Of a DNA stretch of 56,279 nt, positions 35,252-43,404 are shown in pieces. The position numbers were made by a program, and so were the translations under genes. Source of the DNA: an uncultured Candidatus Saccharibacteria bacterium (GTDB lineage: Bacteria; Patescibacteriota; Minisyncoccia; Phycocordibacterales; UBA9973); the NCBI GenBank assembly GCA_964443635.1, contig CAYUDJ010000001.1, positions 1-56,279 of the forward strand. Reading direction: 5' to 3'. The notes under the pieces were generated by a model. It did no database searches and had not been told where the DNA came from. It saw nothing but the letters and a program-made list of their open reading frames with translations. Positions within the stretch are counted from its first letter, which is position 1. Every line of letters starts with the position of its first letter.

Positions 35252-36322
35252 TTAGCTAATGAGTGCGATGACAACGCCCATGATTGCGCAAATAACAGAG
35301 ACGACCCAATATCTCATGACAACCTTTTCTTTTGACCAGCCAAGTGCGGCAAAATGATGATGTAATGGTGCTATTTTAAATATTCGACGCTTGCCACAGT
35401 ATTTGTATGAAAATATTTGAAGAAATGATGACGCACTTGATACGAGGAGTGGAAGTGCAATAAGTGGCAGTATCAGTACTGTATCAGTGAGAAATGCAAC
35501 AACGGTCAATACAACGAGAAGTCCCATCATACCTGTTTCACCCATATAAAATCGTGCAGGAGGAATATTGAACCACAAGAATGCGAGTATCGCACCTGAG
35601 ATGACACCACAGAGCGCCGCAATATCGATTTGGGATTTGCCGAATGCGATGGCTGCATATGCAGCAAAAATGATTGCGAGTACCCCACCTGCAAGTCCGT
35701 CCATGCCGTCAATAACTCCACCGGAAAATACTGCAATTAACACAACAATGAAAAATGGGATGAACAGAACACCAAGAGGAAGCACAAGTGAAGAAAACGG
35801 AATCGCAATACTGGTGACCCCTAGTTTTGCATAGAACCAATATCCAATGACAAGACCAAGTACGAGAATGAGAATAATTTTGACGTACCGAAACATGATA
35901 TCGCGATCATATTTCTTTTTCACCACAGCTTTGCCCCTGATCTCAAAGATATCGTCGATGAGACCGAGAAAGCTTGCGAGCAAGAAACTTGCCAAGGGCA
36001 CAAGTGTCTGGCTACGGCTGTAGAAGTCGAGCTTTGTAGTGAGATCTGACGGAACTACCTTTGAAATAATCCACATGATGGAAATTGTGATGACAACAGC
36101 AAGCCAGATGAGAATGCCGCCTACTCGCGGCGTGGAAACTTCGGCCTCGCCATTGTGAATCTTTGCAAAGTCAGTATTGGTAATAGTTTCGTTTACTGCA
36201 CGATTCTGCTTTTTCCAGAGCTTGCGTCGATACATAAATCCAGTAAGTCGTGGAGTGATAGCAATACCTATCATAAAGGCAAGGATTGTCGGCAGGAAAA
36301 TTTTGATTGCGTTTTCTATCAT
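35252..36322 (-). CDS. mraY: Phospho-N-acetylmuramoyl-pentapeptide transferase
   Basis: Blocks GLIDDI, DGMDGLAGG, NIPPARFYMGETG, APLHHHF. Confidence 0.9.
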   Translation of the reverse strand: MIENAIKIFLPTILAFMIGIAITPRLTGFMYRRKLWKKQNRAVNETITNTDFAKIHNGEAEVSTPRVGGILIWLAVVITISIMWIISKVVPSDLTTKLDFYSRSQTLVPLASFLLASFLGLIDDIFEIRGKAVVKKKYDRDIMFRYVKIILILVLGLVIGYWFYAKLGVTSIAIPFSSLVLPLGVLFIPFFIVVLIAVFSGGVIDGMDGLAGGVLAIIFAAYAAIAFGKSQIDIAALCGVISGAILAFLWFNIPPARFYMGETGMMGLLVVLTVVAFLTDTVLILPLIALPLLVSSASSFLQIFSYKYCGKRRIFKIAPLHHHFAALGWSKEKVVMRYWVVSVICAIMGVVIALIS

Positions 36323-36870
36323 GCAGTTTGAAGTGTTGTTACTGGTTCATCTTTTTTGCCAAGGAGTGCGTCTATTTTTTGCTTTGTTTCAGTATATTGG
36401 GGCAATTCTTCGATTGAACTCACCCCATATGACTGCAGGAGCTCAAGTGTTGGAGTATATGCAAGCGTTCTGCCCGCAGTTGTTGCCTTAATGAGTCCAC
36501 GCATCTGGAGTGCGCGGATACTATATGCAGAGTTGACCCCACGGATAAACTCGATCTCAGTTTTGGTAGCACCGCTATGATAGGCAATGATTGCGAGCAC
36601 TTCGGCACTAGCTTTTGAAAGATCCTTGGAGAGTTCTTCTTTACGAATGGTTTCAATCAGTGCTGTATGCTCAGGACGGATAACGAGTGCAACTTCCCTT
36701 TCATCTTTGACGAGCATGTATGCGTGTCCTTCGAGAGTTGCACCAAGCTCCGTTACAGCAGCTTGTATGTCTTCAGATGAAACATTCAGGCGTTTTGCAA
36801 GCGAAGAAATACTCTGCGGCTCGGCGGTGGCAAAAAGGATTGCTTGGAGTTGTAATGTGGTGTTAGACAT
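36319..36870 (-). CDS. scpB: Segregation and condensation protein B
   Basis: AILFATAEPQSISSLAKRL and IIAYHSGATKTEIEFIRGVNS..IR.L..RGLI blocks. Overlaps scpA by 8 nt and mraY by 4 nt. Confidence 0.85.
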   Translation of the reverse strand: MSNTTLQLQAILFATAEPQSISSLAKRLNVSSEDIQAAVTELGATLEGHAYMLVKDEREVALVIRPEHTALIETIRKEELSKDLSKASAEVLAIIAYHSGATKTEIEFIRGVNSAYSIRALQMRGLIKATTAGRTLAYTPTLELLQSYGVSSIEELPQYTETKQKIDALLGKKDEPVTTLQTA

Positions 36871-37639
36871 AGGATTCTTCGGCAGATTCTAGGTTTGGGA
36901 TAATCGGCACTTCATCATTTTTCTGAAGCGTGATATCACTGAACAAGTTTTCTTGTTCAGCGGCGACCAGTCCTCTGCGTACCAGCTCTAGCATACCAAG
37001 AAATGACACAATCGTGTAGACGCGTTGGCTTTTTTCATCAGCGTCGGGCGACTGTACGCGGATTGCATTGAACGAATACTGCATCGCGCGCTCCATACGC
37101 TCGGTTAGTGTCGCAAGCACATCAGATATTGAAATGGTCTTGAATACTCGTGCCTCAGGTTTTGAAGCAACCGGTACAGGTATTCGTGCAAGGGTTGCAT
37201 CAATAAGTCCTGGTAATATATCTGCTGTGATCTTCGGGTCAGGCGCAAACACAGGTGTATTTTGTCGCGCTATACCTCCGAGAGCTATCTTCTTGCCGTA
37301 TGTGCGGACGAGTTCACCTGATATATGAGAAATAATAGAGTACAGTGCAACACGTCGTTCGAGATCGGTAATACTTTCAGACTCTTCGGTAGTAAGTTCA
37401 AGATTTGGCAGGAGGGATCGTGCTTTTATTAAAATAAGTGTTGCCGCAACCGACAAGAAATTTGCAACCATATCAGGTCGCATGCCTTTTGCCTGAATGT
37501 ATGAGACGAAGTCGTCGGTGACGGCTGTAAGGGATACATCGCTTACAAAGAGTTTGCGTTTTTCGATCAACTCTAACAAGACCTCAATTGGTCCTTCGAA
37601 CTGTTCGTGTTTTATGAGAAATGTCGTATCAGTTTCCAT
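36863..37639 (-). CDS. scpA: Segregation and condensation protein A
   Basis: FEGPIEVLLELIEKRKLFVSDVSLTAVTDDFVSYI is the ScpA N-terminal signature. Confidence 0.85.
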   Translation of the reverse strand: METDTTFLIKHEQFEGPIEVLLELIEKRKLFVSDVSLTAVTDDFVSYIQAKGMRPDMVANFLSVAATLILIKARSLLPNLELTTEESESITDLERRVALYSIISHISGELVRTYGKKIALGGIARQNTPVFAPDPKITADILPGLIDATLARIPVPVASKPEARVFKTISISDVLATLTERMERAMQYSFNAIRVQSPDADEKSQRVYTIVSFLGMLELVRRGLVAAEQENLFSDITLQKNDEVPIIPNLESAEESYV

Positions 37640-37670
37640 GAATTCATACAGTATACCCCAAAATGTGAAA

Positions 37671-37696
37671 CGGGTATTCTTCTAGAAGAATACCCG
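37671..37696. promoter_or_regulatory. Perfect 26-nt palindrome upstream of scpA (candidate operator or structured element)
   Basis: cgggtattcttctagaagaatacccg is fully self-complementary and lies 32 nt upstream of the scpA ATG. Confidence 0.4.
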
Positions 37697-37768
37697 GGGG
37701 CGAATGTGATATGAAATTGTTTAAAAATGAACGAAAAGGAACAATAATAATGAAGGAAAGAATGGGGT

Positions 37769-37826
37769 GATATCTAAAAAGTTTTAGATATCGGGGGGTG
37801 TATACATATAAAGAATATATGTATAC
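37769..37826. repeat. Two adjacent perfect inverted repeats (11-bp arms each)
   Basis: gatatctaaaa-ag-ttttagatatc (37769-37792) and gtatacatata-aagaa-tatatgtatac (37800-37826). Neither is followed by a T-run on either strand. Confidence 0.5.
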
Positions 37827-38048
37827 AAAATAAAAAGTGCACGATGGTCCTGACGAATGTCAGATAAATACATTATGTGCAGACCAATTTGAGGGCTTGT
37901 AGTGCCGTGAATATGATGTGCATTTGCAGTGATCATATTCCCTTTTGGTTTGCTCATTTGAAATGAACGTTTGTGAATAGAGAAACTATCTACTCACACC
38001 ATATAGACGGCTGATACGGGGATATATTACAAAAAAACCAGGACTTTC

Positions 38049-38882
38049 TTATGAAATTTCGTCCTTCTTGTACACCCCGTAGACCCTCAATTCTTCTGTC
38101 AGAGGGGTTATGGCATCAATGGCAGCATAAAATTGGGCTACTGTGTCAAATTCGACATCCATATAAAAACAATATTTCCAGTCACTACCTGCGAGCGGAA
38201 ATGATTGCAATTTGCTCAAGTTTATATCCGCTCCTGCAACTACGGTGAGCACCTTGGCGAGGATTCCCTTTGAATGATCGGTATGAAAATATACTGATGC
38301 TTTGTTGGCATCAGCGGGGATCTCGTGTAGTCCATTCTTTTGTTGTAGGACAAGGAATCTCGTATAGTTATTTTTATATGTTTCGATATTTGGGTTAATA
38401 ATATCAAGGCCGTAGAGATCGGCGGCTCGTTTACTTGCGATCACTGCAATATGAGTACTTTTATGCTGGTGAATATGTCTTGCACTCATGGCAGTATCCT
38501 CAGACTCTACCAATTTCCAGGGGTGTTTGTTGAGGAAATCAAGACACTGCAAAAGGGCCATTGGATGAGAATGCACTTCACGGATGTCTTCCCGTTTAAC
38601 CCCTGGATTGACCATCAGGTTTTGATGGATCGGGAGATAGACTTCGCCGACGATTCTCAGGTCGCTTTTTTGCAATAAATTATAATTAGGCAAAATACTG
38701 CCAGCAATTGAGTTTTCAATGGCCATAACTGCCCCATCGCTTATAGTAGTATCCCCCGCCACCTTTACGACTTCTTGGAAATTTGAGCAGAATACGAGCT
38801 CAATATGTTCTCCAAAGAATCTTTTTGCTGCCTCTTCATGAAAAGATCCTTCAAGTCCTTGTATCGCGATTCTTTGGCTCAT
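38049..38882 (-). CDS. pheA: Prephenate dehydratase (PDT + ACT domains)
   Basis: IAIQGLEGSFHEEAA, ENSI.GS, TRFLVL motif and a C-terminal ACT regulatory domain. Confidence 0.85.
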   Translation of the reverse strand: MSQRIAIQGLEGSFHEEAAKRFFGEHIELVFCSNFQEVVKVAGDTTISDGAVMAIENSIAGSILPNYNLLQKSDLRIVGEVYLPIHQNLMVNPGVKREDIREVHSHPMALLQCLDFLNKHPWKLVESEDTAMSARHIHQHKSTHIAVIASKRAADLYGLDIINPNIETYKNNYTRFLVLQQKNGLHEIPADANKASVYFHTDHSKGILAKVLTVVAGADINLSKLQSFPLAGSDWKYCFYMDVEFDTVAQFYAAIDAITPLTEELRVYGVYKKDEIS

Positions 38883-38885
38883 AGA

Positions 38886-40223
38886 TTACTCTGACAAAAG
38901 TTGATCGATACGGTTGATGTCTCGCGGGAAAGCCGTCGCTTCTTTAATATTTGGGAGTCCGAGAAAGCGCGCAGTCAGACGCTCAAGTCCCATGCCGAGT
39001 CCTCCGTGTGGTGGAAGTCCGTATTTAAATGCCTGCAAATAAAATGAGAATTTTTCAGGATCAAGACCTTTCCATTTCATTTTCTCAACCAACTCTTCAT
39101 AGCGGTGTTCGCGCTGGTTTCCAGAAATAAGCTCAAGACCTCTGAACAACAAGTCATAGCACTTTGTTCGGCCTTCAACAGCGGGGTCATCCATTGCGTA
39201 AAATGGGCGCTTGGTTCGAGGATAGTTTGTAATAAAGATGAAGTCTGAGTTAAATTCTTTCTTGGCATATTCACAGAGCCATCGTTCATGTTCTGGGTCA
39301 AGATCTGGTTCCTGTGTGCAATCCACACCTGTTTCTTTAGTAATAAGAACTTGGGCATCTGTGAGCTTCATTGAAGGGAACATATCGCCATCTGGAATCA
39401 ATGGGAATGTCGCACCAATGAGTTCAAACTCCTTTGTGCATGTTTTTTTGAGGTGCTCAGTCACATGCCGAAGTAGGCGTGTTTCAAGCTTCATCACATC
39501 CTCAGGTCCTTCGATAAATCCCATCTCAAGGTCGAGTGATGTGTATTCGTTGAGGTGACGAGCGGTCGCATGCTTTTCCGCACGAAATACATTCGTAACA
39601 GTAAATACACGTTCAAATACTCCAACCATCATTTGTTTGTAGAGCTGTGGACTTGTTGCAAGAAATGCCTGTTTGCCATAGAAGTAATCAAATTTAAATA
39701 CTTCGGTACCTCCTTCTGCATCACCTCCTACGATTGCCGGTGCACGGAATTCAGTAAAGTTTTCTTGGGTAAGAAACTCTCGGAAAGCATGCAGGATGTG
39801 GTGTTGCACCTTAAATATAGCTTTTTCTTTTGGGCGACGAAGTGTGAATGGTCGGTAGTCGAGCAAGGTATCAAGGTTGAGCTCTGCATCAAGAGCAAAA
39901 GGCAATTCCTTTGCTTGGCTCAAAATAGTGATCGCGGTGACTTCAAGCTCAATATCGCCATTTTGTTTGTCAGCGACAATATTGCGTTCAGGGCGCTTGT
40001 TGACGATACCTTCTACTTGCACCACTGACTCAGGACGAGCTGTCTTTGCAATCTCGATGACCTCTGCACGGTTTGGTAGCACAACACCCTGGATCATGCC
40101 GCTCATGTCACGGAAGTCAAAAAAGACCATTTTGCCCTGGTCGCGACGGACATCAACCCATCCTTTCAAAAGAATCGTCTCCCCTGCGTGTTTTCCTGCA
40201 TCTCCAATATATGTTCTGTTCAT
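38886..40223 (-). CDS. aspS: Aspartate--tRNA ligase, archaeal/type-2 form (possibly non-discriminating); AsnRS not fully excluded
   Basis: Class IIb motifs: OB-fold N-terminus, FRAE...ARHLNEYTSLDLEM, GGLGMGLERL, C-terminal FPRD. About 445 aa without the bacterial insertion domain. Confidence 0.75.
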   Translation of the reverse strand: MNRTYIGDAGKHAGETILLKGWVDVRRDQGKMVFFDFRDMSGMIQGVVLPNRAEVIEIAKTARPESVVQVEGIVNKRPERNIVADKQNGDIELEVTAITILSQAKELPFALDAELNLDTLLDYRPFTLRRPKEKAIFKVQHHILHAFREFLTQENFTEFRAPAIVGGDAEGGTEVFKFDYFYGKQAFLATSPQLYKQMMVGVFERVFTVTNVFRAEKHATARHLNEYTSLDLEMGFIEGPEDVMKLETRLLRHVTEHLKKTCTKEFELIGATFPLIPDGDMFPSMKLTDAQVLITKETGVDCTQEPDLDPEHERWLCEYAKKEFNSDFIFITNYPRTKRPFYAMDDPAVEGRTKCYDLLFRGLELISGNQREHRYEELVEKMKWKGLDPEKFSFYLQAFKYGLPPHGGLGMGLERLTARFLGLPNIKEATAFPRDINRIDQLLSE

Positions 40224-40282
40224 AGTTTCCTCATTCTACTAGAAAACAGGTAAGAAAAAAAGCCCCGACATATATCAGAGCT

Positions 40283-40879
40283 TCAAGAGAAATGGGGTTC
40301 ATCATAACAGAATTGGTTGACCAATATTGTTGACTCTCTACCCATTCTCCAAGCAGTTGCTACCGGCATCTCGATGAGCTGTGCTGGCAGCGCTGGCTTG
40401 ATCGTCAGTACCCTGGTGTCAGGATTGTTGTATTCGACAAGCACTTCTCCGCGTTTGAGAGGAAGCGGCTCATGAACCAAAAAGAATTCAAATATTTCTG
40501 CATAGTCACCTAATAAGACGAACGCATGAATGAGAACTCGTTTTTCAAAATCCGTCAGTGTCTTGCGTTGGATCAGGTTGTGTTCTGGATCTGTTTCGCA
40601 GTAATACTGGGAAGCGACAATCTGGCCATTGATCATTGTCCACGCAGTTTCTGCGGCAGTGGCGATCACGGTGTCGTCGGCGCATGGGCTGATTGTCAGC
40701 ACACGGACCGCTGGATCAGTACGACCTACGAGCAGTTCCCCTGTTTCGAGGTGAAAATGGCTGTGTGTGCGCCGCAATCCAAACAGTCTGATCTGGTTGT
40801 TGTATTTTTTGAAAAAACGCAACAGCTCATCCACAATCGTTTGCTCAGGTACACTGAGCTGGAGCGAAGTATTTTTCAT
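40283..40879 (-). CDS. Hypothetical protein with internal two-fold repeat (198 aa)
   Basis: GELLVGRTDPAVRVLTISP...ATAAETAWTMINGQIVASQYYCE parallels GEVLVEYNNPDTRVLTIKP...MPVATAWRMGRESTILVNQFCYDE. Confidence 0.55.
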   Translation of the reverse strand: MKNTSLQLSVPEQTIVDELLRFFKKYNNQIRLFGLRRTHSHFHLETGELLVGRTDPAVRVLTISPCADDTVIATAAETAWTMINGQIVASQYYCETDPEHNLIQRKTLTDFEKRVLIHAFVLLGDYAEIFEFFLVHEPLPLKRGEVLVEYNNPDTRVLTIKPALPAQLIEMPVATAWRMGRESTILVNQFCYDEPHFS

Positions 40880-40944
40880 ATTCGTTGTTTTTTGAGGGTT
40901 AGGAAACGTTTTACTGAACGTACTCCTTTTTTAGGGAGGCGTCA

Positions 40945-40974
40945 ATAAAAAAAGCCCGGAGTGTTTCCGGGCTT
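40945..40974 (-). terminator. Intrinsic terminator of the MT-HExxH-GNAT-like operon
   Basis: gcccgga / tccgggc stem with 5-nt loop. An A-run on the plus strand gives a T-run on the minus strand. Confidence 0.7.
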
Positions 40975-41105
40975 CAATCTAAAAAGAAGTGCTATTTTGT
41001 CCGCTCTTTAATTATTAAGAAATTAGTATCATCACAAGCGTGATCGTATAACTTTGAAAGTCTTTCTAATAACTGATCAGTATGTTTTTTATACTGTTCA
41101 ATTAT

Positions 41106-41990
41106 TTATATCCAAAATGCCTGGATGAATCTTTGGGTATTGAATGTCTTGAATGATTCTTTCCTCCAGAGTTCAAAGGCATATGTCAGGAGCTGATCTG
41201 AAATAGGTAAGAAGTGTTTTTTGAAGTCGTTGTTGATTGATCCAACATTCATTTTCTGATACCCCAGTTCTTGCGCTATCTTTGCTTTCTCGTATGAGAC
41301 TTGAAGTCCGAGGTTTGTGTATCCGCGGAGTGTCTTGTTGAAGCCGCTCAGGCAGTATGTGACGCCATGTCTGATACCAATAGAATATGCCACTAGTGCA
41401 GGTCCATCGTATGCTGCTATACCGAAATACTGAGCGTCGTTGAACAATTCCAAAAACCGTTGGTCATTGGATGTCCGGTCAGTAAACTTTTCACTCACTG
41501 CCGCACGTTGTTGCGCCCATGTCCTCCAGAATTCCTTCAGGTCATGTGTAGGAATATTTTCAAAAGGCTTGAAAACAAGATGGGTATTTTGTCGGAGTGC
41601 CTGGTTATAGTGCTTTCTGATTCGCGTATCTTTTAGATTCACAAATGCATCGATATCCATGACAACTTCTACATCTTCAAGACTGTCTTCTTTACGAGAA
41701 TTTTCTACTAATAAATTATATGCAATGAATTGTGGATTAAACTGTTTTGTGAGTTCTGAGATAACCTCGCTGGGATACAAAGTAAACAATAACCGTAGTT
41801 CGTTATGTTTTGTCTTGTGGATGAAGAAATAAGTTCTATTTTCATTTGTAATGCTATAAAATTCTATCCCTATATTGTTCAAGAAGTTATGCATTACCTG
41901 TGGCTGGGTAAAGAACATCTGTGGGAGGTCTGAATTTCCGACCGCTGCCACTATTTTTTCGTACGAATCAAGTCTGGATATATTACTCAT
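41106..41990 (-). CDS. Hypothetical protein, tentatively GNAT-fold / DUF2156 (MprF C-terminal-like) acyltransferase
   Basis: Loose resemblance to DUF2156 blocks (L.DTRIRKHYNQALRQ; GIAAYDGPALVAYSIG). ATG 41990 overlaps the upstream stop (ATGAGTAA). Confidence 0.35.
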   Translation of the reverse strand: MSNISRLDSYEKIVAAVGNSDLPQMFFTQPQVMHNFLNNIGIEFYSITNENRTYFFIHKTKHNELRLLFTLYPSEVISELTKQFNPQFIAYNLLVENSRKEDSLEDVEVVMDIDAFVNLKDTRIRKHYNQALRQNTHLVFKPFENIPTHDLKEFWRTWAQQRAAVSEKFTDRTSNDQRFLELFNDAQYFGIAAYDGPALVAYSIGIRHGVTYCLSGFNKTLRGYTNLGLQVSYEKAKIAQELGYQKMNVGSINNDFKKHFLPISDQLLTYAFELWRKESFKTFNTQRFIQAFWI

Positions 41991-42627
41991 GTCTAACAAT
42001 TCGATCTGTAAATTCCTTAATAAAGAAATCTGAACCTTTTTCTCTTACCATTTCTATCGCTTCTTTATATCCGGGTGACATTTCTTGTGAATAATAAGCC
42101 TCTATTTCGGATTGTTGTTCTATTGAGAATAAGCTTGGAATAATTTTAAGTAATACAGCAAAAACAATAAGGTGGTATTGTGTTGCAGGTAGAAAGTCTT
42201 TATATGTTTCGAATATGTACTCCCAATATCTTTTTGTTGAAAACCCTATCTCTTTTCTAGGAGAAGCTGCAAACCTATGAATAATTTCATGAATAATGGT
42301 GTCTAGTAGTATTGTATCTCTAAATCTGTCGCCATCTCTAGTATAAATATTTAACATTAGCGGCACTGACATTGCGCCTAGTCTGCCCTTGCCGTATAGA
42401 TAAAATTCATAATCATATCCAGGATTTACCCCAAGGGTTCCTATCAATGCTTTAATTACCCTGTCTTCATTGTTAAATTTCTCCCATAGGCTTTCAACTT
42501 TTTCCGTATCCTCAGCAACTTGATCAACAGATGGATATGAAAAATTACTTTCTAGAGAGAGTTTCCTGTAATAACCATCTAATGGAAAAGCGTATAGTAT
42601 ATGTACTTTTGGTATGTATTGATTCAT
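41983..42627 (-). CDS. Putative zinc metallopeptidase-like protein (HExxH motif)
   Basis: DTIIHEIIHRF contains HExxH. No other domain recognised. Start lies 1 nt after the upstream stop. Confidence 0.45.
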   Translation of the reverse strand: MNQYIPKVHILYAFPLDGYYRKLSLESNFSYPSVDQVAEDTEKVESLWEKFNNEDRVIKALIGTLGVNPGYDYEFYLYGKGRLGAMSVPLMLNIYTRDGDRFRDTILLDTIIHEIIHRFAASPRKEIGFSTKRYWEYIFETYKDFLPATQYHLIVFAVLLKIIPSLFSIEQQSEIEAYYSQEMSPGYKEAIEMVREKGSDFFIKEFTDRIVRHE

Positions 42628-42628
42628 A

Positions 42629-43240
42629 TTATTTTTTTATAGCCACTATACTAATAATGTGCCAATGTTTCATATCCTGAAGATTGTTAATTTGTGCCCA
42701 GCCAAATGTATCTTCAAATTCTCGTTCCCCAACAAAACGTATCTCAAGATCAGAAAAATAATCTTTTACTTTTTTGATAGTAAGAAAGGTTTTGGTTGAT
42801 TCAGGAATGTTCCATCCGTCTCTCTCGCCAAAGAAGTTGCCACAAAAAATGCCTCCGGGTTTCAACGACTTTAGTATTTTAAAAAGAACCGCTTCAAAAT
42901 CCGTAGGTGGAATATGCGATAAAATGTGCGTTGCAACAGCCAAAGAAAAAGTATTTTCACTAATTTCTGTCTGTTGGATGGTGTCTTGAATGAAATTAAA
43001 ATCCGGGTTGATTATTTTATTTGCAAGCTCTCTCGAGGCCTCGCTACTATCGATTGCTGTTACCTGAAATCCTTTTTCTAGTAAAAACATGCTCTCAATC
43101 AAATGCCCTGCTCCTACATCAAGCGCCTTTCCTTTATCAGGTAAATATTTTTCAACTACAACACGAAGTAACTTTGCCGGGAGTGCGTCCTTGGCAAGCT
43201 CATAATATTTTTTCCAAAAGCTGTTTGAGTTTCTGTCCAT
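42629..43240 (-). CDS. Class I SAM-dependent methyltransferase
   Basis: Motif I ALDVGAGHLIESMFLLEKGFQVTAIDSS and post-I/II blocks (LKPGGIF). The longest ORF extends to 43282. Confidence 0.78.
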   Translation of the reverse strand: MDRNSNSFWKKYYELAKDALPAKLLRVVVEKYLPDKGKALDVGAGHLIESMFLLEKGFQVTAIDSSEASRELANKIINPDFNFIQDTIQQTEISENTFSLAVATHILSHIPPTDFEAVLFKILKSLKPGGIFCGNFFGERDGWNIPESTKTFLTIKKVKDYFSDLEIRFVGEREFEDTFGWAQINNLQDMKHWHIISIVAIKK

Positions 43241-43354
43241 GATCTTGTACATACTAGTTTGCCACAAAACCATTGAAAACAAAAGGTTTTATAATTTTCT
43301 GGGATTGCGTTTTATGAGATTTCGTTATATACTACTGGTATTAAAGAGGATAAA

Positions 43355-43386
43355 TAAAAAAGCGGTCGTTTTGACCGCTTTTTTAT
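43355..43386 (-). terminator. Intrinsic terminator after trpS (bidirectional shape)
   Basis: agcggtc / gaccgct stem flanked by an A-run and a T-run. Confidence 0.7.
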
Positions 43387-43404
43387 TTGTTTGTATAGGG
43401 TTTA

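Noticed and set aside
37856-37885. A dif-like sequence, ATAAATACATTATGTGCAGA, shares TACATTATG.GCA with the XerC/XerD core of E. coli dif.
   Set aside because: Only one arm and part of the spacer match. The opposite arm shows no similarity and the spacing is off by one. This is insufficient without a lineage-specific dif model.
38028-38052. The minus-strand motif AAGAAAGTCCTGG resembles the GGAAAGTCCGG P4 core of RNase P RNA, at the edge of a long intergenic region.
   Set aside because: It overlaps the pheA stop codon. I could not find the other universally conserved RNase P blocks or the pairing partner of P4 in 37640-38048. Only a covariance-model scan would settle it.
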